A stretch of DNA of 46,926 nucleotides. Origin: Ionaspis alba. Its lineage: Eukaryota. Numbering within the stretch: position 1 is the first letter of the stretch; every line of letters begins with the position of its first letter. Below the pieces are notes generated by a model that saw nothing but the letters and a program-made list of their open reading frames with translations, did no database searches and was not told the DNA's origin. The position numbers and the translations under genes are program-made. This document shows positions 12,729 through 26,539 of this stretch, piece after piece. The stretch lies in the NCBI GenBank assembly GCA_964255285.1, contig CAXUUL010000047.1:1-46926 (forward strand), in the 5' to 3' direction.

Positions 12729-13627
12729 ATGATTTCCTCGAAGGAAGCGCTTGCAATCGCAGAAATCGTCTTCTACGTACCCGCTCTCGTCGTTGCCGTT
12801 CTAGTTTGCCTTCGCCATGGCTTTGGCCGCGAATTTGGATGGTTCTCTCTACTCCTCCTCGCCGTGGTGCGCATCATTGGTTCGGCATGTGAGGTGGCAG
12901 CGGCCAGCACCACTGTCGACAGAGATGTTGTGATTACTGCAATTGTCCTCGCGAGTGGAGGGCTTGCTACGCTCCTGCTGGCTATGCTTGGAATATTGAA
13001 AAGAGTGTACGGTATCAGCTTTGATTGACCTCACGGATATTGTACTTACATAAATGTAGACACGAAGGCTTGGCTAACGAGCACCGATTAGCGCCGAGGG
13101 TGTTCAATTTCCTGAGCACTCCTATGCTAGTAGCCTTTATCCTATCCATCATCGGTGCAACGAAACAATTCAGCTCGACGCAGGACACCCGAGATAGCGG
13201 CAAGACTCTGACGCGTGCCGCTGTGGTTATCTATCTGGTCGCCTTCCTGATCCAATGTGCCATTGCGGCATTTACCTTCTTCAAGATGCGTGTTGTCAGG
13301 AAAGGCGAGCAAGTCCTCGTGCTTGCTGTCGCTGGAAGCATTCCATTCATATTTGTTCGGGTCATATATGCCATGCTTGGATCCTTCAGTAACAATCCGA
13401 GCTTCGACCCTGTTGACGGCGATGTCTTCATTCACGCTTTCATGAGTATTTTTGAGGAGTTTGTAACGGTCATCCTGTATCTGGCTGCCGGACTGCTAGC
13501 TCCCAAAATCGCGGGAGGAACGACAAGGCCTGGCGAGTTTGAGACCAATACAGAATATGCACGAGTTGGACCAGAGGGCGGCTTTCACAGTCAGTATGCT
13601 TCTGTGCATGATAGGTGCAAAAGCTAA
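12729..13627 (+). CDS. Uncharacterised ~7-TM integral membrane protein (resembles DUF7702/RTA1-like fungal families); intron 13007-13059
   Basis: Two ORFs joined by a GT..TAG intron. Multiple hydrophobic helices and motifs LAIAEIVFY, RHGF...GW..LLLLAVVRIIG, IPFIFVRVIY and FEEFV. Confidence 0.8.
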
Positions 13628-14166
13628 TGTGGAGTTTGACAGTGAATCAAGCTTCGCATGGTTATTCAAAACAGCATCAACGGCGAGAATTTCATGGCTT
13701 CGGGCCTATTGGTCTACTGAGACATTTCTTGGCAGGACGAAGATCTCGTCTCTGATTATACATGCCTTGCCCGGAAAACGTCTTGAGCAGGACATGCTAT
13801 TTCACACGTCAGACAACGTCGCGGTGCGAGACATTGGATCCTAAAATTTAAAGGGAGTTCATCTTAGCGAGGAGTTCTGGTGGATTTTGTTGCGGTTGAC
13901 ACCATCGGCGGTTTTAGCTTGCTGGAGAAAGCAGAAACTTTCAGAGCAATTATCACTATTGCGACCATATAAGACAAGCGAGTGATGCGGTGTAATTGAC
14001 AACAAAAACACTAGAACAAGTTCGTCATACGCAGTACCAAGAATCACTATTCCCTATCCTAGTGCTGTATTCTGCGTAAACGGCAAAGATGGACCTGGAT
14101 GTAACAAGGTGTACATAAAACTTTCACGCGCGTAAATAAGGTCTAGCCCTCAAGCTCGCATCGAGA

Positions 14167-14174
14167 TGACGTCA
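14167..14174. promoter_or_regulatory. Perfect CRE palindrome TGACGTCA (ATF/CREB, AtfA-type site)
   Basis: Exact TGACGTCA about 250 nt upstream of the ATG at 14422. Confidence 0.45.
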
Positions 14175-14421
14175 AGCGGACCGCGTCCTGTATGGACCAG
14201 AAACAAACCATCCACGCATCTTGCACAACTTCCGTTCATTTCATCCATTCTCATCGAAAGGAAGCTCTTCCTTTACGCCTAGAGCTTCATCCGATCGTTT
14301 CAAACTAAGCAGTATCACCTGTAACGTCTCCACCGCACCTTGTATACATCCATACACCATTATCCGTGAAACCAAACTATCTAAAAGCTACCGAACAATC
14401 GTCCCACGGTTAGCCACGAAC

Positions 14422-15955
14422 ATGGCAGGAACCAGATCATCTACACGCAAAGCCAATGGCTCGAGCCCCGCCTCTTCACAAGGTACCACGGGTGCTGCAG
14501 CCGGTGGCGCCGGCAGCAAGCGCAAGTCTGAAGCTTCCCCAGCTTCAAAGCCTAAGAGAGGGAAAAAGGCTGGCGAGAAGCAGCAGACTACGATTGAAGA
14601 GACGATGATAGATAAGGACACCGAAACTGCGGTGCAAGATATTGAGATGGACGAGGCCAAGGTGGATGGATCAGAACAGAATAGTAAAGCTACAGTGAAG
14701 GGCAAGGACGAAGAGGTCGCGCTAAAGGAAAGAGAAGAAGCTGTGAAAGCTAGAGAAGATGCTGTCGAGAAGAGAGAAAACGATCCGACTGTGAAAAAAG
14801 ATGAAGACGAAGCCGGTCACATCGGAAGCGCTGCGAATAGTGCGAACGTGGCTGAGCCAGTCGTCGAAGGCGAAGGAAACAACCACTCATCAAAAATGGA
14901 CGAGACCGGCAAGGTTGAACCGAAAGATAAGGAGAGCAGTAGTACAGGACCTCCCGTTCCTTCCAGCGGTGATGCGGTCGAACAATCGTCACAGCGTGAG
15001 GCCTCCACACCTTCGAGTATCTTGGAGAAGGGAATCATTTATTTCTTCTTCCGCGGCCGGGTCGGAATAGATGAGCCGTCGGATGTTGGAGACATTGCGC
15101 GAAGCTATATTGTTCTCAGACCTCTGCCTCACGGTGCGCAGCTTGGCGACGGCCCTATCGGCGACGCTGGCAACAATCGTCTCTTAGCACTTCCTAAAAA
15201 GGTCCTTCCTGTTAGTGGGCGAGACAGGTTTATGGTGTTCGTGGAGAAGGCCAACATCAGTATCGAGGATATCAAGAAGAACGTTCTGACTTCCTCTGAC
15301 TACGCCACGAAAACAGCCGGAACTCGACATACCCCAGCTGCAACACCAGTTGGAGAAGGGGTATATGCTATCACGACCACAGGACGGGAGTCTCACCTAG
15401 CTTATATACTCACGATTCCTTCGGAGTTGAGCGAAGTTCAAAAGGACATTGGCTTGCGAGAAAGGGGGAGCTTCGTCACCAGTCTCAAAAACCCTCAATA
15501 CGCCGGACCAGCCAACACAAATCTTCCACAAGGGCCTGAATTCCCGAAAGAGTAGGCAGCTTCGAATTTCACCCGAGAGCGAGGCTGTTACTAACACTCA
15601 TTCGCAGAATTCTGGACGAGTTCCGCAGTCTACGCTGGATGCCAGTCCAGCCTAAACATCTCGATTATGAGAACTCGCAACTCCTGTTGATCGGGTCTAG
15701 CACGGAAGGCATAGCCAAAGCTACTGAGCAGCAGCCCGATGACGAGAAACAAGACAAAGACACACCGTTGGAGGAAATGGAAAAGCTGGAACACGAGGAC
15801 GAGGTGAGGGTAGAGCATTTGAAAGGTGAGTTGGCATTCTTGGAAATGTCTGCTCGTGTTTCCGCCTAACTTCTCATCAAATAGGAGATGATACTGTGTT
15901 CGAAGACCTAGGACTTAGCTCCAAGGAATATCCTAAAGTTCCGAGTACGTGGTAG
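14422..15955 (+). CDS. Conserved uncharacterised protein (family often auto-labelled 'BTB domain transcription factor' in fungi); exons 14422-15551, 15608-15825, 15885-15955
   Basis: Disordered K/E-rich N-terminus with NLS-like KRK..KPKRGKK, then the conserved block SILEKGIIYFFFRGRV..RSYIVLRPLP..RLLALPKK..GEGVYAI..SHLAYILTIP..SLKNP..LRWMP. Ends YPKVPSTW. Confidence 0.85.
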
Positions 15956-16617
15956 ATAGGAGGTAATCCCAATACAGGTCTTGCTGCTCTTCTGTAGTTG
16001 CTGACCAGCTGGAGAGCTTTTCTTTTGCAATGCCTTGTAGTTCGTGCTGGATTTGTACATATTAAAAACATAGCTTTGGGAAGGACGAAATCGAGCAGGA
16101 TAGGAGTGCTTGCTTGGATCACCGAAAGGGTTTTTCCGATGGGCTAGCAAAGGATGATTCAAGATTTGTACTCTCAAAAGCAGGGTTGAGAATTATGACT
16201 ATACATTAGCAGTTGATGCCCTCCCCAAAATCCAGTGGAGCGTTAATCTTTAACTCAGTAAGAGCTTGCACAAAATGAACGTCTCCCCTGCTGTGTCGTG
16301 ATTCTTGACAACCAGTGAAGGTTCATCCCAGACTAAGACAAGTTTGCAGACTGTCTACCAAAATCAAAGCTTGCTGGGGAATTTGCTGCGTTGTAGGTTA
16401 GGCTATTTCCATTATCTTTTTCCCATTCTCGCTTCACAATCCTTGGCATTTTATGTGGACAGCGCGGACTTTAACATCTGTCAAAGGTCAACACTAAAGC
16501 CTACAGCATCGAGCCCACGACCAGGAGTACGCCAAGATCCCGTAAGTAACCGAGGACTATCTATACATGCATTTCTTGCGACGGTGAGGGATGCCCAACC
16601 TCATTTGATCATTCGAC

Positions 16618-19600
16618 ATGCAGTCCTCCCCTAGCATGTTAACCAAGGTACAAGCCAATGCCTCAACCCACGAAGCAATTGCTAACAGCTTTTTGCAAGT
16701 TCGAGTCAAAATCTTCGAGAGCTAAAGGCATTGCCTTTCATCCCAAACGGTCAGTTAGGATCTGGCTCATTTTGCCTTCCCCAGCAGCAATGCGCTGACG
16801 ACGAATAGACCATGGATACTCGTTTCTCTCCACTCCTCCACAATCCAATTATGGGACTATCGTATGGGCACATTGATCGACCGATTTGAAGAGCATGATG
16901 GGCCAGTACGTGGTATCGATTTCCATAAAACACAACCACTGTTCGTCTCCGGTGGGGACGACTACAAGATCAAAGTATGGTCATATCAGACCAGAAGATG
17001 CCTTTTTACTCTCAATGGTCATCTAGACTACGTCCGGACAGTCTTCTTCCACCACGAGCTGCCTTGGATTTTGTCATGTTCCGACGACCAGACAATACGG
17101 ATATGGAATTGGCAGAACAGGTCTCTCAGTCAGTCAATTCTGCCCCTTTAGCCACTTGCTACCTTTCTGACTGGAGACTTATCACGTAGTCTGTACAATG
17201 ACGGGACATAACCACTACACTATGTGTGCACAATTCCACCCTAAAGAAGACCTCATTGTATCTGCTTCGTTGGACCAATCGGTGCGAGTGTGGGATATTT
17301 CAGGACTGCGGAAGAAGCACTCTGCTCCAACATCGATGACCTTCGAGGATCAAATGTCTCGAGCAAATGCAAATCAGGCAGACATGTTTGGAAACACAGA
17401 TGCGGTGGTCAAATTTGTTCTTGAAGGACACGACAGAGGCGTCAACTGGGTTGCATTTCATCCCACACTACCCTTGATCATTTCAGCAGGAGATGACAGA
17501 CTGGTGAAACTGTGGAGAATGAGCGGTAGGATTCATAGTTCTAGTATGCCTTGTGCGCTAGCTAAAGAAATCCAGAAACCAAGGCCTGGGAGGTTGATAC
17601 ATGCCGAGGACACTTTCAAAATGCGTCAGCCTGTCTCTTTCACCCTCACCAAGATCTAATACTTTCAGTTGGTGAGGACAAGACCATCCGTGTCTGGGAC
17701 TTGAACAAGCGCACTTCGGTGCAATCGTTCAAACGAGAGAACGACCGATTCTGGGTCATCGCTGCTCATCCGGAGATAAATCTATTTGCTGCTGGCCACG
17801 ACAATGGTGTCATGGTCTTTAAGCTCGAGCGAGAACGACCAGCTTCTGCCGTGTATCAAAATAATCTTTTCTATATCTCAAAGGACAAGCAGGTCAAGTC
17901 ATACGACTTTTCAAAAAATGTCGATTCTCCCTCATTACTATCGCTTAAGAAGCTAGGCAGTCCATGGGTCCCACCAAGGACTATGTCTTACAATCCAGCT
18001 GAAAGAGCGGTGCTCGTCACTTCGCCCGCCGAGAACGGATCCTACGAGCTTGTCCATTTGCCCCGAGACGCGTCTGGTGCAGTGGAACCTACAGACATCA
18101 AGCGTGGTCCCGGCAACTCTGCGGTGTTTGTTGCTCGCAATCGGTTCGCTGTGTTCAATCAGGCCGCTCAGCAGATTGATATCAAGGATCTCACCAACAA
18201 CACGACAAAAACTATCAAGCCTCCGCTTGGCACCGTTGATGTGTATTTTGGTGGAACAGGCTGTCTGCTCCTTATCACCCCTACCATGGTTGTTCTCTAC
18301 GATATCCAGCAGAAAAAGCACCTTGCTGAGCTATCTGTTGCTGGGGTGAAGTACGTTGTATGGTCGGGCGATGGACTTTACGCGGCACTCCTGAGCAAGC
18401 ATAATGTCACCATTGTCAACAAATCGCTGGAGCAGATCAGTACCCTGCACGAAACAATTCGTATCAAGAGCGCAACGTGGGATGACGCTGGTGTGCTTCT
18501 ATACTCTACCCTCAACCACATCAAATACACACTTCTCAACGGGTAAGCCACTATATACTTAAACATGTGTTTCCTTGCTGACATTTGCAGCGACAACGGC
18601 ATTGTGAGGACTCTTGATCAGACAGTCTATCTGGTAAGGGTAAAGGCAAGGACTGTCTACTGCCTTGACCGTGCCTCAAAGCCAAAAATCCTCAATATCG
18701 ACCCTACGGAATATCGGTTCAAACTTGCCTTAGTGAAACGAAACTACGAGGAGATGCTTCAAATTATCAAGACATCGAGCCTTGTCGGACAAAGCATAAT
18801 CGCTTATCTGCAAAAGAAAGGATATCCAGAGATCGCATTGCAGTTTGTTCAGGACCCTCAAACACGATTCGAGCTGGCAATCGAATGCGGCAATCTAGAT
18901 GTTGCTGTAGAGATGGCCAAGCAGCTCGATCGCCCGAAATTGTGGTCTCGGCTTGGTACGGAAGCACTTGCCCACGGCAATCACCAAATAGTGGAAATGG
19001 CCTATCAGAAACTCCGACACTTTGACAAGCTATCTTTTCTGTATCTAGCGACAGGAGATCAAGAGAAATTGTCTCGTATGGCCAAGATTTCTGAACACCG
19101 TGGAGACTTCACCTCTCGATTCCAGAACGCGCTATACTTAGGGGACGTCGAAAATCGAATACAAATGTTCCAGGAGATCGATCTCTGTAAGTCCCACCAC
19201 ATTCTTATTATGAAGAACATCTGCTAATTGCTATGCAGACCCTCTAGCATATATGGCAGCCAAGGCTCATGGTCTCGAGGATCAGTGTAAACTCATCCTT
19301 AACGTGAGCGGTTTGACTGAAGATCAAGTCACACTACCGACCATGGGGAAGCCACTCGACCCACCACGGATAGTAGTCCCAACACACAAAGCAAACTGGC
19401 CCGTTAAGACAGCGTCGCACTCATTCTTCGAAAAGGCTCTGCTGGGCGAGGTAGAAGGTATCGAAGATTCCGGAGCACCGGTATCTAATGGATTCGGGGA
19501 TCCCGGCGGCTTAGAGGAAGAAGATTCCCTCCAACGAAATGGACATGTTGGCGAAGAGGACGAAGATGATGCTGCTGGTTGGGACATGGGAGATGATATC

Positions 19601-20652
19601 AACGTGGAGACGGAAACCGATCTTGCAGACGTTGATAATGTCGAAGCTGGAGCTGGTGGCAGCGAAGCTGATTTGTGGGCTCGGAACTCACCCATCGCTG
19701 CGGACCATGCTGCCGGAGGATCCTTCGAGACAGCAATGCAGTTGTTGAATCGCCAGGTGGGAGCCGTCAACTTCGAACCTCTCAAGCCGCGCTTCTTGGA
19801 GATCTACCAGGCGTCCAAAACATATCTGCCTGCCAGTGCAGGATTACCACCCTTGGTCAATTATGTTCGACGAACTGTTGACGAGACAGATCTTCGCAAA
19901 GTCCTCCCCATTATTCCAAAGGACCTCGAGTCGATAGCAACTGTTGACCTGCAAGAAGGATACGGGGCGATGAGATCGAACAAGCTGGCAGACGGCTTGA
20001 AGATATTCAAGCGGATCCTACATTGTCTCCTCGTCAACTCGGTCGCGTCTCAACAGCAAGTGAGCGAAGCCAAGAAGATCATTACTACTGCTTCGGAATA
20101 TGCGATCGCCATGGCGCTGGAGTTGGAACGAAGATCAACTGGCACCGAAGGAGAAGCGAACCTGAAGAGGAGCCTGGAGCTATCTGCCTACTTCACGATA
20201 CCGAAGTTGGAGGTAGCGCACCGTCAACTGGCATTGCTGGCAGCCATGAAGCTTGCCCATGCTAACAAGAACCTTTCCTCAGCCTTGAGCTTTGCAAATC
20301 GAATGATTGCTAACGATGGCTCTCCAAAATTATTGGAGCAAGTAAGTCTATGGCTATTTCTATGCTCGTCTGGAGGGTTCGGAACACTAATGTATTCCAG
20401 GCGCGTAAGATCAAGGCTGTGTGCGAACGAAGTCCACAAGACAAGATTGATATCGAGTTCGACCAGTTCGCAGAGTTTGACGTCTGTGCGGCCTCCTACA
20501 CACCAATCTACAGTGGCTCGCCAAGTGTCTCATGCCCCTTTGATGGCGCGAAATATCACACGCAGTACAAGCGTACTGTGTGCAGGGTCTGTGAGGTTTG
20601 CGAGATCGGTGCTCCGGCGAGTGGTCTTAGGCTCTTCGCTCCTTCAGCATAG
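16618..20652 (+). CDS. COP1: Coatomer subunit alpha (COPI), 8 exons
   Basis: [31 protein letters not shown]40 repeats ([33 protein letters not shown]); [13 protein letters not shown]-terminal [18 protein letters not shown]. Intron donors at 16648, 16750, 17129, 17526, 18543, 19187 and 20342. Confidence 0.98.
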
Positions 20653-22162
20653 GTGTAAAAGTTTGTGGTACAGAAGTAAAGAGATCTACCTGGTCGGTCC
20701 TGAGCCGTGTGAAGACCATCATGTCATGACTTGCAGGTGTCATATGGGTACAGGGTTAGATGCTGCACGTCGTGATGGGCACCAGAGAGGAGTATGGCAA
20801 CTCCACACGAGACGTCGCATACGATGAGACAACAGCCAACATCGAGAAATGAAGGCTTCCCTGTGCAACTTTCTCTTGATGCTAACAACTGCTAAAAGAC
20901 GTCAGCAGAATTGCAGACATAACCCGGCACAGAATTGTCCAGTACTTTCATCCAAGTAGAACCACGGCAAGATTTAGTTCTTTGCCTCGTGAACGCTGTA
21001 GACAAAACAGTTGGCGATCCAATCATTGCACGACTCTGTTGTTGGAGAATGCTCCCGGTTCTTCTGTCCCCCCGTCTTATGCACAGAGACTATTCGGATG
21101 TATTCTTGATGACAACGCTAGAGCCGGGAACTGCAAAGTTCTAAGAAATGCCCAAATCAGCTTAGCCTAGCGGCGACGTCCACCACAGTCCTCCTTTAAC
21201 AAATTAGCAGCAATGCTACATCCACCCTTAAGGGCGCGCATGGAGGTCCGACTTGTAATCGAATTTTCAGTTGCAGTGAGTCCATCCAGTTGTCCCGAGG
21301 ATTATCTGTTGCCAATTTAGAGATGAAGGACGTGGCCAACAACGAAGCTGTTACGCAGCAACATCAATTGAGTGGGATGCTTCCTTGCCTGCTCTTTCCG
21401 CCAGATCCCTGGGGTTTGTATTTCTCATGTTAGAAAGTTGTCAACCTCGATCATCGAGAAGCTCACACCATGATAAACGACGACAACGGAGTAAGATAGT
21501 GAGTGGATATACCTACTCAAGCTGGACCGCTCGTTTAGGTGTAACATCATCGCTGGTGCTTCGGATCTCGTCTTCCTTTCCCATCTCATTCGTCACTTTT
21601 CTGCCGCCAGACTTCTGCCTACTCTGCGGCGCGGAGAATAAATGCGGTGGATCTGGGAGGGGCCCTGTGGAATGCACATGCGCACCACTTCCATCAATTG
21701 GTTGCAGTCATGGCCAAATTGGCCTCGGATCTAACCTGCGTATGGATCACATACTCCGTCCAACTGGTTTCGAGGCTTAACAACATGAGGTTGCCTGGTT
21801 GTTTTGCTTCTCTTGGCATTGAGAGTCTACGCGAATTCCCATGGCCTCTCTTGTCTCACCCACGGATGTCAGTATCTACCAAACTATGAAATGGAGGGCT
21901 AGAATATCGTATCGTCTTCACTTGTTCCCCATAATTTCTCTTATCTCTTTTCTGTTCTGCGTTTATGAATATCTTGCTCTTCACCTCCATTTCCTTGATC
22001 TTTGCTATAATTTATGCTGGTGCTCCAGACTATTGGCAGAGGAAATATTCTGGTAGAACTTGACAAGAGTTGACATTGCTTACATACCGCAAGCTGTACA
22101 TCAGGACTGTTCACAGCAGTCTGACTTCTGCAAGTGTGTCCGGGTCCATCCAGCCTCCCGTC

Positions 22163-23785
22163 ATGGCAAGAACGAACGAGGATCACGGACGTCTCCTACA
22201 ATCACGAAGATCTTCTAGTAGTGATGACATAGAGGCTTTTGAACCGCCGGACGTGAACAATCCCAGCCCATATACGTTGGTCCTAGACAGTACCAGTGAT
22301 ACAGGCTCGACGTTCAATGAATACAAGCGGTCTGAAGCTCGCGAATCTCAAAGATTTAACAAGCCTTCATGGAATCCTGGATGTACTCTGAGGCAAATTC
22401 GGTACACAGTCGGACTTCTCGTCGTCACACTGATACTCTTCATGACATATCTTCTCTTGGCGAAAGGCAAAGAAACCGTGCTTCCAAAATGGGCACCGAA
22501 GACTCAGCAGTGGGCGAAACCAAAAGACTTCAATATTGTGGGCCTAGTATTCTGTAAGTGATGTCCGACTACGAGAGGTCCATAAGCGTACGGTTTTCTG
22601 ACCTGAATTTCAAAGATGGTCGGCCAGAGTATGTCAGCATATTGGATTGTTATCTTAAGAAAAATCTTGCTATCAATGGTGGATATCTAGACGAAGTGCA
22701 TTGGATGACAAACACGGACAAACACTTCGATCTCAAATACCTCGACTATCTCGTCAGTACATCTGAATATTATAAGAAGATCGTCATCAACGAGCTCTCT
22801 TACGACAATGCCTGGCAGCATGCTGTGCAGAATGATACAATGTACATCAAGATCGACGATGATATTGTAGGCAACATCCTGGCTCTCTCGAGAAAGCAGC
22901 CACTGACGCAGTCTGACTTCATAGGTTTATATTCATGAGGACGCCGTTTCAAGGCTGGTCCACACCAAGCTCAGCCACCCTGAGTCGTTCGACGTCGCCG
23001 GCAACATCGTTAATTCGCCTCTCGCAAACTGGTTCCACGCACGTACAGGCGCAGTTCATCCTTACCTTCCCGAGCCCCAGCCCCCTCCAGATTTCAACAC
23101 AACAAAAGACCTACAAACATGGCGAGCCTCTGAGCTGCCTACGTGGAAGGGACATGCCGATGATGAATACGACTTCGGAACAAAGAAAGATGGTCAGAAT
23201 GAAATAGAGATAGGGCAGCCGGGAGGGCCTACTTACGAAGGACATCGATGGCTCCCGATGGAGAACACATCTGCCAATTTCATGAAAACTCCCATGGCCA
23301 AATCCGAGTACAATGCCTGGGGTAGGGCTTGGACTCAATGGCCCATGGCAGCTCAGCAGCAATACAGTCTCTTTGAGAACTTGGAAAAGGACCAGATGAG
23401 TAGATATTGGTTTGGCAACGAGGAAGGCATCTGGAACATGCAGTACGACCGCTACAACCTCAACTTCCTGGCAGTCTGGGGTCGAGATATTGCTGCGAAT
23501 CCGAGTGGACACGACGACGAGCAGGATTACACGGTCGAAATCCCCAAACGACTCAAAAGACGTAAGTTGTTGGGACTGTACTTCCGTCGTATCATTACGA
23601 TCCGCTGACTAAGTTTTCATCTAGCACTCCTGATTGACACACATGCCATCGTTGCTCATTACAGCTTCAGTCCGCAGCATGCACTGAAACATACCGATCT
23701 TCTGAATCGATACCGCGCGTACGCTAATGAGATGGTTTGCGCGGCGGATAAGCAACTCAAACCCATGGAATTGCACTACAAGTGA
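22163..23785 (+). CDS. Uncharacterised type II membrane protein, glycosyltransferase-like (DxD motif); introns 22554-22615, 22867-22924, 23562-23624
   Basis: One TM segment (YTVGLLVVTLILFMTYLLL), then VGLVFYGRPEYVSILDCYL..NGGYLDEV, YIKIDDDIVYI, GNIVNSP, GHDDEQ, AHYSF and DLLNRYRAYANE. The frame is continuous after splicing. Confidence 0.85.
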
Positions 23786-24348
23786 AAAAACCATTCGGAG
23801 GCATATTGAGTATTTCACATCCGAGATACCCTGTCGAAATATATTGAAGATACCATAATACGGCGCTGTATCTTGAAGGAGCTTACAGTGCCACTGGCTG
23901 GCTGCTGGAGGCTTCACAAGGCGCAGGGCGTAATCGAACGCTTCGATCCTCCCGCGAAGGACACATTTGTAAATATTGGCATTCCAAGGACGTAGCATAG
24001 TGCTGTCAAATAGTTTAGAGTCAGATACTCCAGCTAGCAGTGAGCCTAGACCAAATGATTTGCCATTCAAACATATTGTATCCAAACCTTTTTAGTTTAA
24101 GCCACGCAGGTTTTCGCTTACGTATCATGGTCTCCTGGCAATTCTGCTCCTCCGCTTCTAGGCGGGATGTGTCTAAACGACAAGCGCGAAGCGGAACCCT
24201 TCCGGCCAGCACAAGACATAGTAGTGATAACAACCGTGGAAAATTTCTTTGTTGTGGTCATTGCACCAAACCTACATCAGAACACTTCTTCTTGTATCTG
24301 TACTCTACTCATGATTGCGATTACCATTCGTCTAATCATTGTCCAAAA

Positions 24349-26126
24349 ATGTCCCATACATCCATCGAACTCCTTCCCCTTACTCCTGTTCCAGTGGTAG
24401 CGAGCATTTTGATACGGGGAGAAGCCTCTACATCCGACAGACAGCCACCACGACCTCTTAATGAAACATCGGAATCCACAAACCCCAATGACTACCCATC
24501 AACCCAACCACCCCCAGTGTCCATCTCCCGCCTCAAAGCCTCAGTAATCGTAACCACCGTCTCTAGCATGACCCTCCTCAACAGCCTCCTCTCCGGTATC
24601 CTAACCGTCGGCCTCCCTAGCATGGCAACTGATCTCGGCCTAAGCGACAGTCTCCTCCTCTGGTACGTCTCTTTCCATTCCCTCGTGCTAGTCCTCCCTA
24701 CTAATCTCTTCCCTCCTAAGGCCCGCCTCCGTCTATGCCCTCACCTGCGCGTTAACGCTCCTCCCTGCCGGCTCCATCGCCGACGTCATAGGCAGCCGCC
24801 TCATGTACCTCCTGGGCTGTCTTCTGCTGACCGTCTTCACGCTCGCGTGCGGGCTCTCGCGCACAGGGATCGAGCTCATCATTTTCCGCGCTTTCTCTGG
24901 AATAGCTATTTCTTTCTGTCTTCCCAGCGCTGTGAGCATCATCACGAGTGCGTTCGCGACCGGCAAGCGGCGGAATATCGCTTTCGCGTGTTTGGGCGCT
25001 GCCCAGCCGTTGGGGTTTTCTTTGGGATTGGTGCTGGGCGGTGTGGCGGTTGATGGCGTGGGATGGAGGATTGCGTACTGGATTGTCCCTGGAGTGAATG
25101 CTGGAATTGTGCTTATGGCGGCATGGGGACTGCCGAAGGATGAGCGGAGAGCGGGCTGGCGGGGGAGGCTGGGGAGTGATATTGATTGGATTGGGGCGGG
25201 GATTGCGAGTTCGTCGCTGGGTCTGTTGTCGTATGTGTTTGCGTAAGTTTTTCTTCCATGCTTGGTTCGTCGATTGGAGGAGGCGAGCCCATTTCCTTTA
25301 CCACGAACCGCTCATATCACAGTGCAATGCTCACTGCGTTAGTACTGTCACATCCAGTGCCTCATCCATCCGCACGCCTCTTAATATTGGCCTACTTACT
25401 CTCGCTCTTGGCCTTTTTCCAGCCTTCGTCTTTTGGGTATCTCGTCAAGAAAAGCACCAGAAAGTCGCCATTATTCCGAATTCACTATGGAAAAACCCTA
25501 GCTTCACAGCTATCTGTATCACGGTTTTCTTTTCGTGGGCCGTGTTCGCTACCACACAGTACTTCATGACGCTGTACTTTCAAAAAGTGCAGGGGCTGTC
25601 GGCCATCCAGACCTCAATGCGCTTTCTGCCCATGGTCGTCTCTGGGGCAGCGATGAACGTTGCGACAGGATTTCTCGTGAACAGAGTCTCGGCAAACGTG
25701 CTTGTCGTAGCCACTGTTGCTATCACCAGTGTCAGTCCTCTCGTCATGGCTCTTGCTGACCCTAGATCCTCGTATTGGTACTCCGGGTTCGTGGCAACTT
25801 TGATGGCACCCATTTGCGCAGACACACTGTTTACGATCTCCAACCTTATCATCACATCTGTGTTTCCTGCTAAAACACAGGGACTTGCGGGAGGTGTTTT
25901 CAACACGCTATCGCAGATTGGTAACAGCGTTGGTTTGGCAGTTGGAGCGATTGTAGCGAGTACAGTGTCTGCAAGTGGAGGTGTCGAGGGTGAGATGGTG
26001 ACTGAGAAGCTCGAGAGAGGATACCGCGCTGCTTTCTGGACATGTTTTGTAGCACAAGTGCTGATGCTCGGGGTTAGTGGATGGGGATTGAGAAGTGTGG
26101 GAAAAGTGGGATTGAAGAGAGACTAA
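24349..26126 (+). CDS. MFS transporter, DHA2 (14-TMS drug:H+ antiporter)-like; introns 24663-24720 and 25243-25342
   Basis: LTVGLPSMATDLGL, WPASVYAL, GSIADVIGSR (motif A), FRAFSGIAISFCLPS, DIDWIGA, LYFQKVQG and QGLAGGVFNTLSQIG. Confidence 0.9.
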
Positions 26127-26539
26127 GGAAGGAGGGGGAAATTGTCCTTCAGTCGCATACCAGAGATTGTGCATGTAAAAGCCGGAGCAAAACATCAGAA
26201 AACAAAACAAATTGATATAATTTCAAAGCCCTTGACCAGTCCCAAAAGGGCGAGCGATAAACCACACCAAGCACCATATAGTTAGTGGAAGAGCTCCACA
26301 AGAACAATGTCACGAACATCAGATAACCATTTCTCCCCCTTGGGTATCAAATAGTCGTACTGGCCTCAATGATCGCCTGAACGAATGCAAGCCTGACCAT
26401 CCAGTCTATCTTACTCCTACAAATCAAACCTGATATAAGCTCTTCTCGTATTTGACGCTTCCAGCTTCCAAATTCCAACAGCACATAACATAGGAATCAC
26501 AATCATGGTAACCAAACGCCTGAAAGCTTTGACACCACC

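Noticed and set aside
20342..20827. Extension of ORF 19253-20827 beyond LLEQ
   Set aside because: Read-through of a COP1 intron (20342-20400). The conserved C-terminus is in another frame and ends at 20652.
20827..22160. Short ORFs between COP1 and the GT-like gene
   Set aside because: No motifs or consistent splice structure; likely UTR and promoter sequence.
24040..24348. N-terminal extension of the MFS ORF
   Set aside because: Non-ATG start and non-protein-like sequence. The ATG at 24349 has a good AAAATG context.
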